A stretch of 57,072 nucleotides of DNA, taken from NCBI GenBank assembly GCA_041689285.1, contig JBDNGL010000315.1, positions 1 to 57,072 of the forward strand. Reading direction: 5' to 3'. The stretch is from Opitutaceae bacterium. GTDB taxonomy: Bacteria > Verrucomicrobiota > Verrucomicrobiia > Opitutales > Opitutaceae. The position numbers and the translations under genes were made by a program. Shown here one piece after another: positions 16,788 through 26,823 of the stretch. The notes beneath the pieces were generated by a model. The model was not told the DNA's origin. It was given only the letters and a program-made list of their open reading frames with translations, and ran no database searches. Each line of letters begins with the position of its first letter. The stretch's first letter is position 1.

Positions 16788-19700
16788 CTACGCCGGCAGC
16801 CTGAAACCTTCGATCTGCGCCTTGACCGCGTGCAGGAAAGCCGCCGCCCCCGCGCCATTGACCACCCGGTGATCAAAGGTGAGCGAAAGCGTCGCCACTT
16901 CCTGAGGATAAATCTGCCCGCCGGCGTTGATCATCCGCTCATGCGCGCGACCGAAAAATAGCGTGCCCATCGCCGGCGGCACTACGATCGGGATCGCCGC
17001 CTCGATGCCAAAGGCGCCGAGACTCGTCAGGTTCAGCGGCGTCTGCACCTCCGCCATCTTGCCAGCACGGGTGTCGGTCAGGGCTTGCGCATAGGCCGCG
17101 GCGAAGGCCGTAAAATCGAGCCGGTGGCACTCGCGGATCACGGCCGTCGCGAGCCGATCGCCTTCCAAGGCCACGGCAAAGCCGAGATCAAAAACCTCCT
17201 GCTGCAGGATCTGGCCCTCCTTGGTGATGACGCAACGAAAGGCCGGGTGGCCCTCCATCGCACGGCAGACACTCCACGCCAGCATCAGCGACGGCGAATA
17301 ATCCTGCCCGGCCTGCTTCGCGGCGCCGCGCGCCTGGCGAATCGCCTGCCACGCCGCATCAAGCTGCATGTTGGCCGGCACGACACTGGAGAGCCGCCGG
17401 GTAATGGTGGCCGGCAGGGCGGGTTCGCGCGGGGTGCCGCGCGAGGCTGGCTTGGTCGCCTTGTCGGCGACCGGCACGCGCTGCAATTGCTGCAAACTCG
17501 GATGGGCCGCCGGCACGAGCGCAGCGGCCGCCGGAGCGGGTCCGGCGACCGGTTCGTCAGAGGCTACAAGCGCGATGACTTGCCCGATCTCGACCGAGTC
17601 CTCCGCCGCCACGCGCCACTCCTTGAAGACCCCGGCCATGGCCGCTTCGATGGGATAAACCGCCTTGTCGGTTTCCACTTCACAGAGGGTGTCGTCGAGG
17701 TTGACCTGGTCGCCGGGCTGTTTGTGCAGCGCCACGATGCGCGCCGAGCGGATACCCTCACCCATGATCGGCACCTTGATTTCGACCTCGCGATTAGCAG
17801 GCACCCCCCGGCTTACCGCCGGCGCTGCCGGCGCGGAAGCTGAAACTGTTGGCGGCGGGGTTGCCGCCCGGGTCGTGCCTAGCGCCGCGATCCCGGTCTC
17901 GGCGCGTTCCCGTGAGACCGTCATGGCGCGGCGCACGGCCTCGACGATGCGTGGCGTGTCGGGCAGGGCGGCATATTCATAGACCGGGTTGTAACCGATC
18001 ATCACGTTGCCTTTGGAGACGAGGATCGGCGGACTCACCATCCGACCCCAGACATCGGGCCGACCCATCAGGTGCGAGATGATCATCTGGCCCACGGAGC
18101 AGTTCTCGGTGTCCTCCTGCACCACGATCACGCGGCCGGTTTTGCGCACCGACTCCTCCACCGTCTCGTGATCCCACGGCACGATGGTGCGCAGATCAAT
18201 CAGTTCCACGCTCACCTCGTCCCCGAGTTGGGCCACGGCCTCGAGCGCCTTCTCCATCGTGTTGCCCCACGCCACCACCGTGACATCGCGGCCCTCGCTG
18301 CGCCGGCGCGCCAGGCCGATCGGCACGGAAAACACCGGAGCCTCCACCTCGCGCTCGGCCCACAGCAGATGCTTCGGCACCAGAAAAATCACGGGATCCT
18401 CCGCGTGCATCGCGGTCCAGAGCAGCCCGGCCGCATCCTCCGGCGTGCTCGGCACCACAACATTGAGCCCGGGAAAATGCGCGATGGCCGACTCGTTCGC
18501 CTGCGAATGCCAGAGTGAACCACCCGGCAGATAGGCCCCATAGGGCGCATAGATCACCGTCGGGCAGGTCCACTTACCAAACGTGCGCCAGCGCAGGGTC
18601 GCCAGATTCGTCACGAGCTGGTTCCAGCCCGGATAAATAAAATCGATGAACTGCAGCTCAAACACCGGTCGCTTTCCATAGCTCGCCATGCCGCAGGCCA
18701 CGCCGAGGATCGTGGACTCTGCCAGCGGCGAGTTAAACACCTGCCCGGGAAAATCGGTCGAGAGTTTCTGCGTCAGCCGGAAAACGCCGCCCTTGGGATC
18801 CTCCACGTCCTCGCCGAAAATCAACCGGTCGGGATTAGCATCGAGCCCCGCGCGCAGCGTCAAGTTGACCACATCGCCCATCCGGTATTTGCCGGGCTGC
18901 AGCACCTGCTCGTCGAGCGCCGTGGGGGCCGAGGATACGTTTACCTCCAGTTCATTCGCCACGGGGTTCTCCGCCCGCTCCGCCTCGGCGTAATCGCGGC
19001 GGACGCGTGCTTTCATATCTTGGTCAAGCCGGTTGTATTCCTCCTCGGTCAATTCGCCCTCGGCGATGAGCTGCTGCTTGAGCATCAGCAAGGGATCGCG
19101 CGCGGCGAGATGCGCCAGCTCCTCCTTCGAACGGTAGATCGCTTGGTCATCCGAACTCGTGTGGCTGGAAAGCCGCTCCAGCTTCACCCAAAGCAGCACC
19201 GGACCATGCCCGGCCCGCAGATCAGCGATGGCCTGCTCGCCGGCAGCATAAACCTGCTCCACCTCCCACCCATCGATGGCGCGCCACTGTTCCTCATTCA
19301 GCACCCCCAGCGCGCGCGGCGTCATGCGAGCCGTCGGCGTACTGATACCAAAGCCATTATCCTCGACGATGAAGAGCACCGGCAATTTGCGCTCCTGCGC
19401 AAAGCACACCGCCTCATAAAAATCTCCCTGCCGCGTGGCGGCGTCGCCCACGGTGGCGACCACGAGGTTTGGCTTGCCGTCGAGCTGCATGGCCCAAGCC
19501 ATACCGCAGGCTGGCAACAGTTGCGCACCGGTCGGCGTCGGCACACTCCAGATGTTGAGTTCGCGAAAACTGTAGTGCGACGGCATCTGCCGTCCACGCG
19601 AGGACGAATCGCGCTTCGCCATGTAGTCGAGCGCGAGCTGTTTCGTCGTGACCCCGCGCCCCAGCACGAGTCCGCGGTCGCGGTAATAGGGCGTGAGGTA

Positions 19701-19883
19701 ATCCCCCGGCTCTAGTTGCCTCGAGATGGCGGCGAGCGCCTCGTGGCCGCGACCCGAGACATGAAAGTGTCCCTTGCCCTGGCGATTGAGGCTTTCCTCG
19801 CGCAAGTCGCCATGACGGCTCTCGAGCAGGGTCAGTAGCAGTTGGTGTTTGAGTTGAGGGGAAAGCGTGGCGACAGCGGGCAT
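16788..19883 (-). CDS. Single-polypeptide 2-oxoacid dehydrogenase: fused E1 alpha + E1 beta + lipoyl domain + E2 acyltransferase catalytic domain
   Basis: aa 1-310: E1alpha with TPP motif GDAATRQGDFYEAVCFAQERKLPVLFIVEDNGFGIS. aa ~333-660: E1beta (FNSPLAESTILGVACGMA, transketolase C-terminal domain). aa ~699-775: lipoyl domain with ETDKA (Lys740, codon 17664-17666). aa ~821-1031: E2 core with DHRVVNG (His1005). No peripheral-subunit-binding domain is recognisable in the 776-820 linker. Confidence 0.85.
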   Translation of the reverse strand: MPAVATLSPQLKHQLLLTLLESRHGDLREESLNRQGKGHFHVSGRGHEALAAISRQLEPGDYLTPYYRDRGLVLGRGVTTKQLALDYMAKRDSSSRGRQMPSHYSFRELNIWSVPTPTGAQLLPACGMAWAMQLDGKPNLVVATVGDAATRQGDFYEAVCFAQERKLPVLFIVEDNGFGISTPTARMTPRALGVLNEEQWRAIDGWEVEQVYAAGEQAIADLRAGHGPVLLWVKLERLSSHTSSDDQAIYRSKEELAHLAARDPLLMLKQQLIAEGELTEEEYNRLDQDMKARVRRDYAEAERAENPVANELEVNVSSAPTALDEQVLQPGKYRMGDVVNLTLRAGLDANPDRLIFGEDVEDPKGGVFRLTQKLSTDFPGQVFNSPLAESTILGVACGMASYGKRPVFELQFIDFIYPGWNQLVTNLATLRWRTFGKWTCPTVIYAPYGAYLPGGSLWHSQANESAIAHFPGLNVVVPSTPEDAAGLLWTAMHAEDPVIFLVPKHLLWAEREVEAPVFSVPIGLARRRSEGRDVTVVAWGNTMEKALEAVAQLGDEVSVELIDLRTIVPWDHETVEESVRKTGRVIVVQEDTENCSVGQMIISHLMGRPDVWGRMVSPPILVSKGNVMIGYNPVYEYAALPDTPRIVEAVRRAMTVSRERAETGIAALGTTRAATPPPTVSASAPAAPAVSRGVPANREVEIKVPIMGEGIRSARIVALHKQPGDQVNLDDTLCEVETDKAVYPIEAAMAGVFKEWRVAAEDSVEIGQVIALVASDEPVAGPAPAAAALVPAAHPSLQQLQRVPVADKATKPASRGTPREPALPATITRRLSSVVPANMQLDAAWQAIRQARGAAKQAGQDYSPSLMLAWSVCRAMEGHPAFRCVITKEGQILQQEVFDLGFAVALEGDRLATAVIRECHRLDFTAFAAAYAQALTDTRAGKMAEVQTPLNLTSLGAFGIEAAIPIVVPPAMGTLFFGRAHERMINAGGQIYPQEVATLSLTFDHRVVNGAGAAAFLHAVKAQIEGFRLPA

Positions 19884-20009
19884 GGGGACTCCGGGGTTGG
19901 GAGTTGGGGTGGTTTGTCATAAACGGTTACCCGCGCCCCCGCGCTGGCAAAGCGTTTCACACCAAACCCCGTCCCCCGCGCGCCAATTCATCCGAACGGC
20001 GTAGGCTGG

Positions 20010-22004
20010 CTACAGTGGGCCGGTGGACTGCGCCCAACGCATCAGCCCGCCGCGGAAAGCAGGGAAGCCGGCGCCACTGAGGAGCGCGAAGTCCACGTCG
20101 TCCGTCGTTTTAACGACGCCCTCAGCTAGGCAGCGCTGCGCCTCGGCGATCATCACGCCCATCAGTCGCTCGGTGATGGCGGCGGCGGACCGCTCTTGCG
20201 GCGGCGGAGTGAGCGCCGCGATCGCCGGGTTGTTTGATTCCCGGCGGTCGGCGTAGGCGTAGAAGCCGCTGCTGGCGCCGTTCTTTCGGCCTTTCAGTCC
20301 GGCCCCAAGCAGCCGCGCGCAGATGAACGTCGGCTGGAAACGGTCCGGGAAATAATGCGCCATCTCGCCGAAGATGAAAGCGGTCACGTCCACGCCCACC
20401 TCGTCAATCAGCCGCAGCGGGCCCATCGGCCAGCCCCAGTCGCGCATGGCCTGATCCAGCACCGCCGTCGGCATGCCTTCCTCCCACAGCCGGCAGGCTT
20501 CGTTGAGGTAGAAAAACAGCACGCGCGTGACCAAAAAACCCGGCGACGACCGGCAGATGACCGGCGACTTGCCCAACGACTTGACGAACTCCAGCGCCGC
20601 GCCGGCCGACGAAGCATCGGTTTCGCGGCCGAGGATCAGCTCCACGAGCGGCATCCGACTGACCGGATTGAAAAAATGGATGCCCAGCGTGCGGGCCGGA
20701 TACGGCACGTGGCCGGCGAGCTCCTCGATGGGCAGCGCCGAGGTGTTCGACGCCAGCAACGCATCCGGTCGCACCACCGTGGCGAGGGCGGTAAAAATTT
20801 TTTGCTTCGCCGCCACATTTTCCACGATGGCCTCGATCACCAGATCGCAGGTGGCGAACTCAGCCAAGCTGGCACCGAAGCGGATACGGCCCTGCGCCAA
20901 CCCGGCGGCGGCCGCCGACATTTTACCGCGTTGCACCGCTTCCACGAAAATTCCCTGCATGACCGCCTGCGCCCGCTCCAAGGCGGCGGCCTGACTATCA
21001 TAGAGCACCGTCTCAAACCCACGCGCCGCGCACCACTGCGCAATGCCAGAGCCCATCACGCCAGCACCGACGATGCCTACTTTTCTAATTGGTGCCGCCC
21101 CGCTCTCGGCGCCGTCAAACCAACCGGTCAGGGCACGTTTCTTCGCACCTTCCCGCAGAAAAAACGCCTGGATCAGGTGGTGACAGTGATCACTGGTCAT
21201 CACTTCGCCAAAAATTTCCGCCTCTACCGTGAGCGCCTCAGCCATGGGTAGAGACTGACCGCGCTTCACGACTTCAATCACTTTACCCAATGCTGGATTT
21301 TGCCCGCGCGATTTTGCCTGCGTGGTCCGCACCAGTTCCGCGATCCACAGGTCAGCGGGTGGCGCCGGGACAGTTCGCGCAGGCAGCCCGGCCTTCGCGA
21401 GTCTCAGCGCCGCCGCCCGGGCCCGCGCCTTTAGCTCGGTCGCCGGCACGACTTCATCTACCAGCCCAAGCCGCAACGCCTCACCGGCCGCAACCAACGA
21501 ACCCTTCAACAAGTGCTCCAGCGCCGCCTGCGCCCCGATGAGCCGCGGCAAGCGCACACACCCGCCCCAGCCGGGAATCGCGCCGAGACTCGTCTCAGGC
21601 AGGCCGAGCTGAGTCACCGGGGCATCACTCGCGATCCGCCAGTGAGAGGCGAGCGCGAGCTCAAAACCACCACCCGCCGCCGCGCCGTGCATGGCACAGA
21701 CCACGGGCACCTCGAAATCGGCCAGCAACTGCATGACCGCTTGACCGTCACGCGACGCTGTCGTCGCCGCAGCCGCAGCCGGCAGTTGCACCAGCCATTT
21801 CAAATCCGCCCCGGCAATAAAGATGCGCTCCTTAGCGCTCATAATCACGACGGCTCTAACCGGTGGTTTCGCCAGCGACCCAAGCGCGGCACGCAGCGCG
21901 GCGAAGGTCGGCGGGTTCAGCACATTGGCCCGCGCCGCCGGATCATCAAAGGTGATCCAACCGATGCCATCGGCATCCACCGCGGTTGTAACCGGGGTAA
22001 TCAT
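20010..22004 (-). CDS. Bifunctional enoyl-CoA hydratase / 3-hydroxyacyl-CoA dehydrogenase (FadB/FadJ-like)
   Basis: N-terminal crotonase fold (VRAVVIMSAKERIFIAGADLKWL, MHGAAAGGGFELALASH). A central NAD Rossmann motif (KVGIVGAGVMGSGIAQ) is followed by 3HCDH C-terminal repeats. Confidence 0.85.
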   Translation of the reverse strand: MITPVTTAVDADGIGWITFDDPAARANVLNPPTFAALRAALGSLAKPPVRAVVIMSAKERIFIAGADLKWLVQLPAAAAATTASRDGQAVMQLLADFEVPVVCAMHGAAAGGGFELALASHWRIASDAPVTQLGLPETSLGAIPGWGGCVRLPRLIGAQAALEHLLKGSLVAAGEALRLGLVDEVVPATELKARARAAALRLAKAGLPARTVPAPPADLWIAELVRTTQAKSRGQNPALGKVIEVVKRGQSLPMAEALTVEAEIFGEVMTSDHCHHLIQAFFLREGAKKRALTGWFDGAESGAAPIRKVGIVGAGVMGSGIAQWCAARGFETVLYDSQAAALERAQAVMQGIFVEAVQRGKMSAAAAGLAQGRIRFGASLAEFATCDLVIEAIVENVAAKQKIFTALATVVRPDALLASNTSALPIEELAGHVPYPARTLGIHFFNPVSRMPLVELILGRETDASSAGAALEFVKSLGKSPVICRSSPGFLVTRVLFFYLNEACRLWEEGMPTAVLDQAMRDWGWPMGPLRLIDEVGVDVTAFIFGEMAHYFPDRFQPTFICARLLGAGLKGRKNGASSGFYAYADRRESNNPAIAALTPPPQERSAAAITERLMGVMIAEAQRCLAEGVVKTTDDVDFALLSGAGFPAFRGGLMRWAQSTGPL

Positions 22005-22825
22005 GGCGTGGCCAGCTGAGCCCGCCGCAAGCCGCGCGGGGTAAATTTCCGCAGGTTTTTCAAGGCAATCTCGAATTCACGCGGCAGCGGTGCCCGCAGG
22101 GTCAGCGGCGCCCGCGTCACGGGATGGGTGAGGGTGAGTTCACTCGCATGTAGCGCGAGTCTCGCGATGAGCGGCTTCTCTGCCTCGCGACCCTTGTAGC
22201 CGCGTTTCAAGTCCGATAGCTTTAGCTCTGCGGCCGGTTCACCATAAATCATATCGTTCAGCACCGGCGCACCGATCGCGGCCAGATGCACGCGCACCTG
22301 GTGCTGGCCGCTCGTCAGCGGACGGCATTCCAAATGGGCGAAGCGGCCAAAGTTTTCCAGCACCCGAAATTCCGTATGAGCTGCCTTCCCAGCGCGCCCC
22401 TTGACCACACGCATGCGACCCGGTTGGTGCTGGTCTGGACCCAGCGCGAGATCGACCGCAAATGTCTCCGGCAATCTGCCAGCCGGCAGCACACCTTCCG
22501 ACGGGCGCACCGGCACGGCCATTTTCATCGCCCGTTCCCCCGGCAGGATCACCACCAACGCGTGATAAATCTTAGCCGCGGTCTTCGCTTGAAACTGTCC
22601 GCTCGAAAAATCCAGCGCGGGTTTCGTTTTGGCGCAGAGCAACAGACCACTCATGTCGGTATCGAGCCGGTGCACGGTGGCGATATGTTTGCCGAATCGG
22701 GCATGCACCTCGGCCATCAGGCTCACGCGTGACCGGTCCTTGCCGTCAGGTGCCACCGCCAGTCCTTCCGGCTTGTCGAAAGCCAGCAGTGAATCGTCCT
22801 CAAAGATAACCGGTGGCAGGGGCAT
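22001..22825 (-). CDS. RluA-family pseudouridine synthase
   Basis: Catalytic motif HRLDTDMSGLLL. The start is taken at the internal ATG (MPLPPVIFEDDSLLAFDKPEGL). The stop overlaps the fadB-like start by 4 nt. Confidence 0.85.
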   Translation of the reverse strand: MPLPPVIFEDDSLLAFDKPEGLAVAPDGKDRSRVSLMAEVHARFGKHIATVHRLDTDMSGLLLCAKTKPALDFSSGQFQAKTAAKIYHALVVILPGERAMKMAVPVRPSEGVLPAGRLPETFAVDLALGPDQHQPGRMRVVKGRAGKAAHTEFRVLENFGRFAHLECRPLTSGQHQVRVHLAAIGAPVLNDMIYGEPAAELKLSDLKRGYKGREAEKPLIARLALHASELTLTHPVTRAPLTLRAPLPREFEIALKNLRKFTPRGLRRAQLATP

Positions 22826-23025
22826 GCGGTGAACATGGGCGCGCCAACCGTCTGCCCGCAACCAAATGTAGCTGGGTGGGCTGCACCTTGATAATCGTAT
22901 CTCAAGACCCGCCTCGCCGTGGGCCTGCCCCAGCTAAAATCCGGTAAGTTTCGCCGCACGGCGTGAATACACTTGCGACCCCCGATTCACCCCGGCTCGC
23001 TCGGACACCCAGTTCTGGGTTTGCT

Positions 23026-24639
23026 ATGCCGGTTCTGCCCAAAAGTTTAGTGACCCTCGGCGCGAGCCTGCTGACCGCGCGCATGGCGGTGAAACTGCGG
23101 CGAGCCGGCACTGCCGTCCCCGCCCAGGAAAAAATGCTGGCCGGTCTGCTCGCCCGCCTCGCCGTCACTGAACAGGGGCGCTGCTACGGACTCGGTCGCG
23201 GACAGTCCTATGCGGAATTTGCCCGGCGCCTGCCCCTGCGGACCTATGAACAATTCGTCCCGGCCATCGAGCGCATGAAGCGCGGCGAGCCCGATGTGCT
23301 CTGGCCCGGCCGTTGTGCTTTCTTTGCCGTTTCAGCCGGCACCACCGCCGGGCGCATTAAGCACCTGCCGATCACGGAGGAAATGTTGCGGCACTTTCGC
23401 ACGGCCGGGCTCGCCTCCCTCTTTTATTACACCGCCCGGGTCGGCCATGCCGGGGTTTTCCGCGGTAGGCATCTATTCCTGAGCGGCGCCACAACTCTAA
23501 CGCCGCTCCCCGAAGCCGTCGCCACTCCCGCCTATGGCGGCGACCTCAGCGGAATCATCGCATTGAATCTGCCTGCTTGGGTCGAGCGTCACCTCTACGA
23601 GCCAGGCAACGCCATCGCGCAAATCGCCGACTGGCCCGCCAAGATCGACGCCATCGTCAGGCAGACCTGCGAGCGTGACATCACGCTCTTGGCCGGCATC
23701 CCGAACTGGCTGCTCATGCTGGCTGCCGCCGTCATGAAGCGCGCCACCAATGGCAAGGCCCGCCCCAGCCACCTGCAGGCGGTTTGGCCGAACCTCGAAT
23801 GCCTCGTCCATGGCGGCGCGCCCCTCACGCCCTTCGCCGACCAACTCCGCCTCGCCTGCGGCTCAGGCGTTAATTTCCACGAAGTTTTTCCCGCCTCCGA
23901 AGCCTTCATTGCCGCGCAGGACGGCGAGAGTTCCCAAGGCCTGCGCCTCATCACCAATGCGGGAGTCTTCTACGAATTTCTGCCGCTGCGGGACTACGAC
24001 GAGGCCCGTCTCGCCGAACTTGGCCCCAAGGTCGTGCCCCTCGCCGGCGTAAAACCCGGCACGGACTACGTTTTACTCCTCACGACCCCCGCCGGCCTCG
24101 CGCGCTACGTCATCGGCGATGTCGTGCGCTTCACGAGCACCGAGCCGCCGCGCCTGATCTACGTCGGCCGCACCAAGCTCCAACTCAGCGCCTTTGGCGA
24201 ACACGTCATCGAGAAGGAACTCACCGACAGCCTCCTGGCCGTCTGCCGGCATCACGGCTGGACGATCGTCAACTTCCACGTCGCGCCGGTTTTCATAAAC
24301 TCGCTCACCGGCCAGAGTCGCGGCCGGCACGAATGGTGGATCGAGCTGCGCCCCGGCACCGTCACCACCCCCACCGGTCCCCTGCTCGCCGAGGGTCTCG
24401 ATCGCGAGCTGCAACGTCTGAACGTGGACTATGCCGCCAAGAGGCAGGGCGGCGGGCTTGAGGCGCCGACCGTGCGCTTGGTGATGCCCGGTGTCTTTGA
24501 ACAGTGGCAGCGCAGTCGCGGCAAGTGGGGCGGGCAAAACAAATTACCCCGGTGCCGCAGCGACCGGGAACTCGCCGACGAACTCGCCCAGCTCACCCGC
24601 TTCAAGACCGATACCCAGCCCCCTTGGCAAACCCGCTGA
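23026..24639 (+). CDS. GH3 (auxin-responsive-promoter / acyl-adenylate-forming) family protein, bacterial type
   Basis: YEQFVPAIERMKRGEPDVLWPG..FAVSAGTTAGRIKHLPIT and later HGGAPLTPF, FYEFLP, YVIGDVVRF match the bacterial GH3 family. ATG 23026 is preferred over the longer track ORF. Confidence 0.7.
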   Translation: MPVLPKSLVTLGASLLTARMAVKLRRAGTAVPAQEKMLAGLLARLAVTEQGRCYGLGRGQSYAEFARRLPLRTYEQFVPAIERMKRGEPDVLWPGRCAFFAVSAGTTAGRIKHLPITEEMLRHFRTAGLASLFYYTARVGHAGVFRGRHLFLSGATTLTPLPEAVATPAYGGDLSGIIALNLPAWVERHLYEPGNAIAQIADWPAKIDAIVRQTCERDITLLAGIPNWLLMLAAAVMKRATNGKARPSHLQAVWPNLECLVHGGAPLTPFADQLRLACGSGVNFHEVFPASEAFIAAQDGESSQGLRLITNAGVFYEFLPLRDYDEARLAELGPKVVPLAGVKPGTDYVLLLTTPAGLARYVIGDVVRFTSTEPPRLIYVGRTKLQLSAFGEHVIEKELTDSLLAVCRHHGWTIVNFHVAPVFINSLTGQSRGRHEWWIELRPGTVTTPTGPLLAEGLDRELQRLNVDYAAKRQGGGLEAPTVRLVMPGVFEQWQRSRGKWGGQNKLPRCRSDRELADELAQLTRFKTDTQPPWQTR

Positions 24640-24768
24640 AGGTAACGGCAGCCCCTTCCCCGCAATTGGCACAGGCAGTGCCGTGCCCGAATACCAGCTT
24701 CGTAGCCGGCCCGGACATGGATGGCGCCGAATGCGCCGGTCTTCGGACCGAAAACAGCAAGCAATGGG

Positions 24769-24797
24769 GAGTCGGCGTTAGAGGTAATCGCCGGCTC
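24769..24797. terminator. Hairpin between convergent genes (weak terminator candidate)
   Basis: 9-bp stem gagtcggcg/cgccggctc (one G-U pair) with an 11-nt loop. On the minus strand it is followed by a T-poor tail (..tgttttcgg). There is no proper U-tract on either side. Confidence 0.25.
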
Positions 24798-24822
24798 CCC
24801 TCCGGCGCTCGCGTTCAGACAA

Positions 24823-25683
24823 TTAGCCGCCGTTCACCTTCTGGCGGAATGCCGAAGGCGTCAGACCCATCACCTGTTTAAACGCCTTCGAGAAATGAAA
24901 CACGTCGCAGAACTCCAATTCTTCCGCGAGTTCCTTGAACCCGTGGCTGCCTTGGTAAATCGCCGCGCACGCGCGGTCGATGCGTTTGCGTTTCTGGAAC
25001 TGCCGCGGTGACACCTCAAGTCGCCGCGCGAATTGCTTGCGGAAATTATCGTAGTTGAGCCCCACCTGCCGGGCGACCTGTTGCGGCGTCAGCCAGCCGC
25101 GCGCGCTAGGATTGCCCAGCAAGCGCTGACTTTCCTCAAACCAGGCATCGCGCTCCGGACGGACCCGGGCCTCGGCAGCAGCCGCCGCCATGTCACAGAT
25201 TAATTGGATCAACCGTCCCGTTGCCCTCAGTGCCCCGGCCTCGGTATGCCGCGCATCGCCCGCCACCACTTCCTCGAGCCGCCGACTCCAATAATCCACC
25301 GGCTCCAGATGCCACACCGGCTGCCCCGGATCCAAGAGCCCCTTGCTGCGCAAGAAATCGAACTGCGGGCCGTTGAAGACAAAATAGATCTGATTCCACG
25401 GCCGGACCTTGTTTGGACCGTAGGCGTGCGCAAGTTCAGGGAAAATCACGACGAGGTCACCGTTTCGCAAATCCGCCTTGGCTCCATTGCCGTCACAGTA
25501 ATACCCCTCAATGGCCACCATGTAGATTAGCGAGTAGCTTCCCAAAATACGCATCGCTCGTGGGTCAAGCCCCGGCACGTCCCGCAGCGCTCCCGCCAGT
25601 TGCAGTTCACCTAGGCTGGTGCGCAAGGGGCTTTCCAGCCAAGCGCGGCTCCGAAAGGGTAAAGGTGACTGGGCTTGGGTCAT
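24823..25683 (-). CDS. AraC-family transcriptional regulator (N-terminal cupin sensor + C-terminal double HTH)
   Basis: Cupin-like N-terminal half. C-terminal HTH: NYDNFRKQFARRLEVSPRQFQKRKRIDRACAAI..LEFCDVFHFSKAFKQVMGLTPSAFR. It is divergent from the PhyH gene. Confidence 0.85.
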   Translation of the reverse strand: MTQAQSPLPFRSRAWLESPLRTSLGELQLAGALRDVPGLDPRAMRILGSYSLIYMVAIEGYYCDGNGAKADLRNGDLVVIFPELAHAYGPNKVRPWNQIYFVFNGPQFDFLRSKGLLDPGQPVWHLEPVDYWSRRLEEVVAGDARHTEAGALRATGRLIQLICDMAAAAAEARVRPERDAWFEESQRLLGNPSARGWLTPQQVARQVGLNYDNFRKQFARRLEVSPRQFQKRKRIDRACAAIYQGSHGFKELAEELEFCDVFHFSKAFKQVMGLTPSAFRQKVNGG

Positions 25684-25796
25684 GGTCTTCCCAAAATCTA
25701 CATGCCTATTCTCATTTCAACCATTTTGTCTTTGGCCAAACCGGTGTATCTTGCGCCTCTTAAAGTTAGCCCACTTCCTCTCAAGCTTTGTCTCCC

Positions 25797-26723
25797 ATGA
25801 GCACCGCCACGACCCCCCAGATCATTTCCTACGGCCACGCCCTCGATATGGGGGATGATAAATTCGGCCAGCTGCGCGATTCCGCCGACGCCGCCGACGA
25901 CATGGCCGAGCTGCGCCGCCGCTTCGCCGAAGACGGCTACCTTCACCTCAAGGGCTACCTCGACCGCGATCTCGTGCTCGCAGCCCGCGCCGCACTCACC
26001 GACCGCCTCGCCGAGGCCGGCGCGCTTGACCCTGCCTACCCGACCATCGAAGGCGTCGCCAAGCCCGAGGCCGGCTACATCTTCAAGCCCGAGATCGCCA
26101 ACGGCTGTGCGCCCGTGCAGGACCTGCTCTACGCCAGCGATGGCCGCCTCATCAATTTCTACCGCAAGTTCTACGGCGAGGAAATCCGCCACTACGATTA
26201 CACTTGGCTGCGTGCGATCGGTCCCGGCAAGGGCACCAACCCGCACTGCGACCTGCCCTACATGGGCCGCGGCACGCACAAGCACATGACCTGCTGGATG
26301 CCCTATGGCGACATCTCCTACGAGCTCGGTGGTCTCATGATCCTCGAAGGTTCGCACAAGCGCATGGATCTGCTCGAAAACTACGTCTATCGCGACGTGG
26401 ACAAATTCTGCGAGAACAAGAGCGCCGATGTCGCCAAGGTAAAGGAGGGCAAATGGACCTTTACCGGCACGCTCTCCCGCAACCCGCCCGCGGTGGTTAA
26501 CAAGTTCGGCGGCCGCTGGCTCACCACCGAGTTCCAAGCCGGCGACCTGCTCACCTTCGGCATGTTCACCGTGCACGCCTCCCTCGACAATCAGACGACC
26601 AACCGCCTGCGGATTTCGAGCGACAGCCGCTACCAACGCGCCTCCGAGCCAATTGACGAACGCTGGATCGGCGTCAACCCGCCCGCGCACGGCCCCCACG
26701 GCAAACGCGGCCTAATCTGCTAA
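25797..26723 (+). CDS. Phytanoyl-CoA dioxygenase (PhyH) family Fe(II)/2-oxoglutarate oxygenase
   Basis: FAEDGYLHLKGYL near the N-terminus, H-x-D facial-triad motif (NPHCDLPY), and distal His in FTVHASLDN with R in RISSDSRY. ATG 25797 (TTG 25788 in the track). Confidence 0.75.
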   Translation: MSTATTPQIISYGHALDMGDDKFGQLRDSADAADDMAELRRRFAEDGYLHLKGYLDRDLVLAARAALTDRLAEAGALDPAYPTIEGVAKPEAGYIFKPEIANGCAPVQDLLYASDGRLINFYRKFYGEEIRHYDYTWLRAIGPGKGTNPHCDLPYMGRGTHKHMTCWMPYGDISYELGGLMILEGSHKRMDLLENYVYRDVDKFCENKSADVAKVKEGKWTFTGTLSRNPPAVVNKFGGRWLTTEFQAGDLLTFGMFTVHASLDNQTTNRLRISSDSRYQRASEPIDERWIGVNPPAHGPHGKRGLIC

Positions 26724-26823
26724 ACAATCATTCTCGTTTTCCTAATTCAAATCGTTCTCTCAAGTAGGGACTAACCTCCGGGCGAGCCGCTCGGAGATCG
26801 GCCCCACCTCAAATCCCTTCCCC

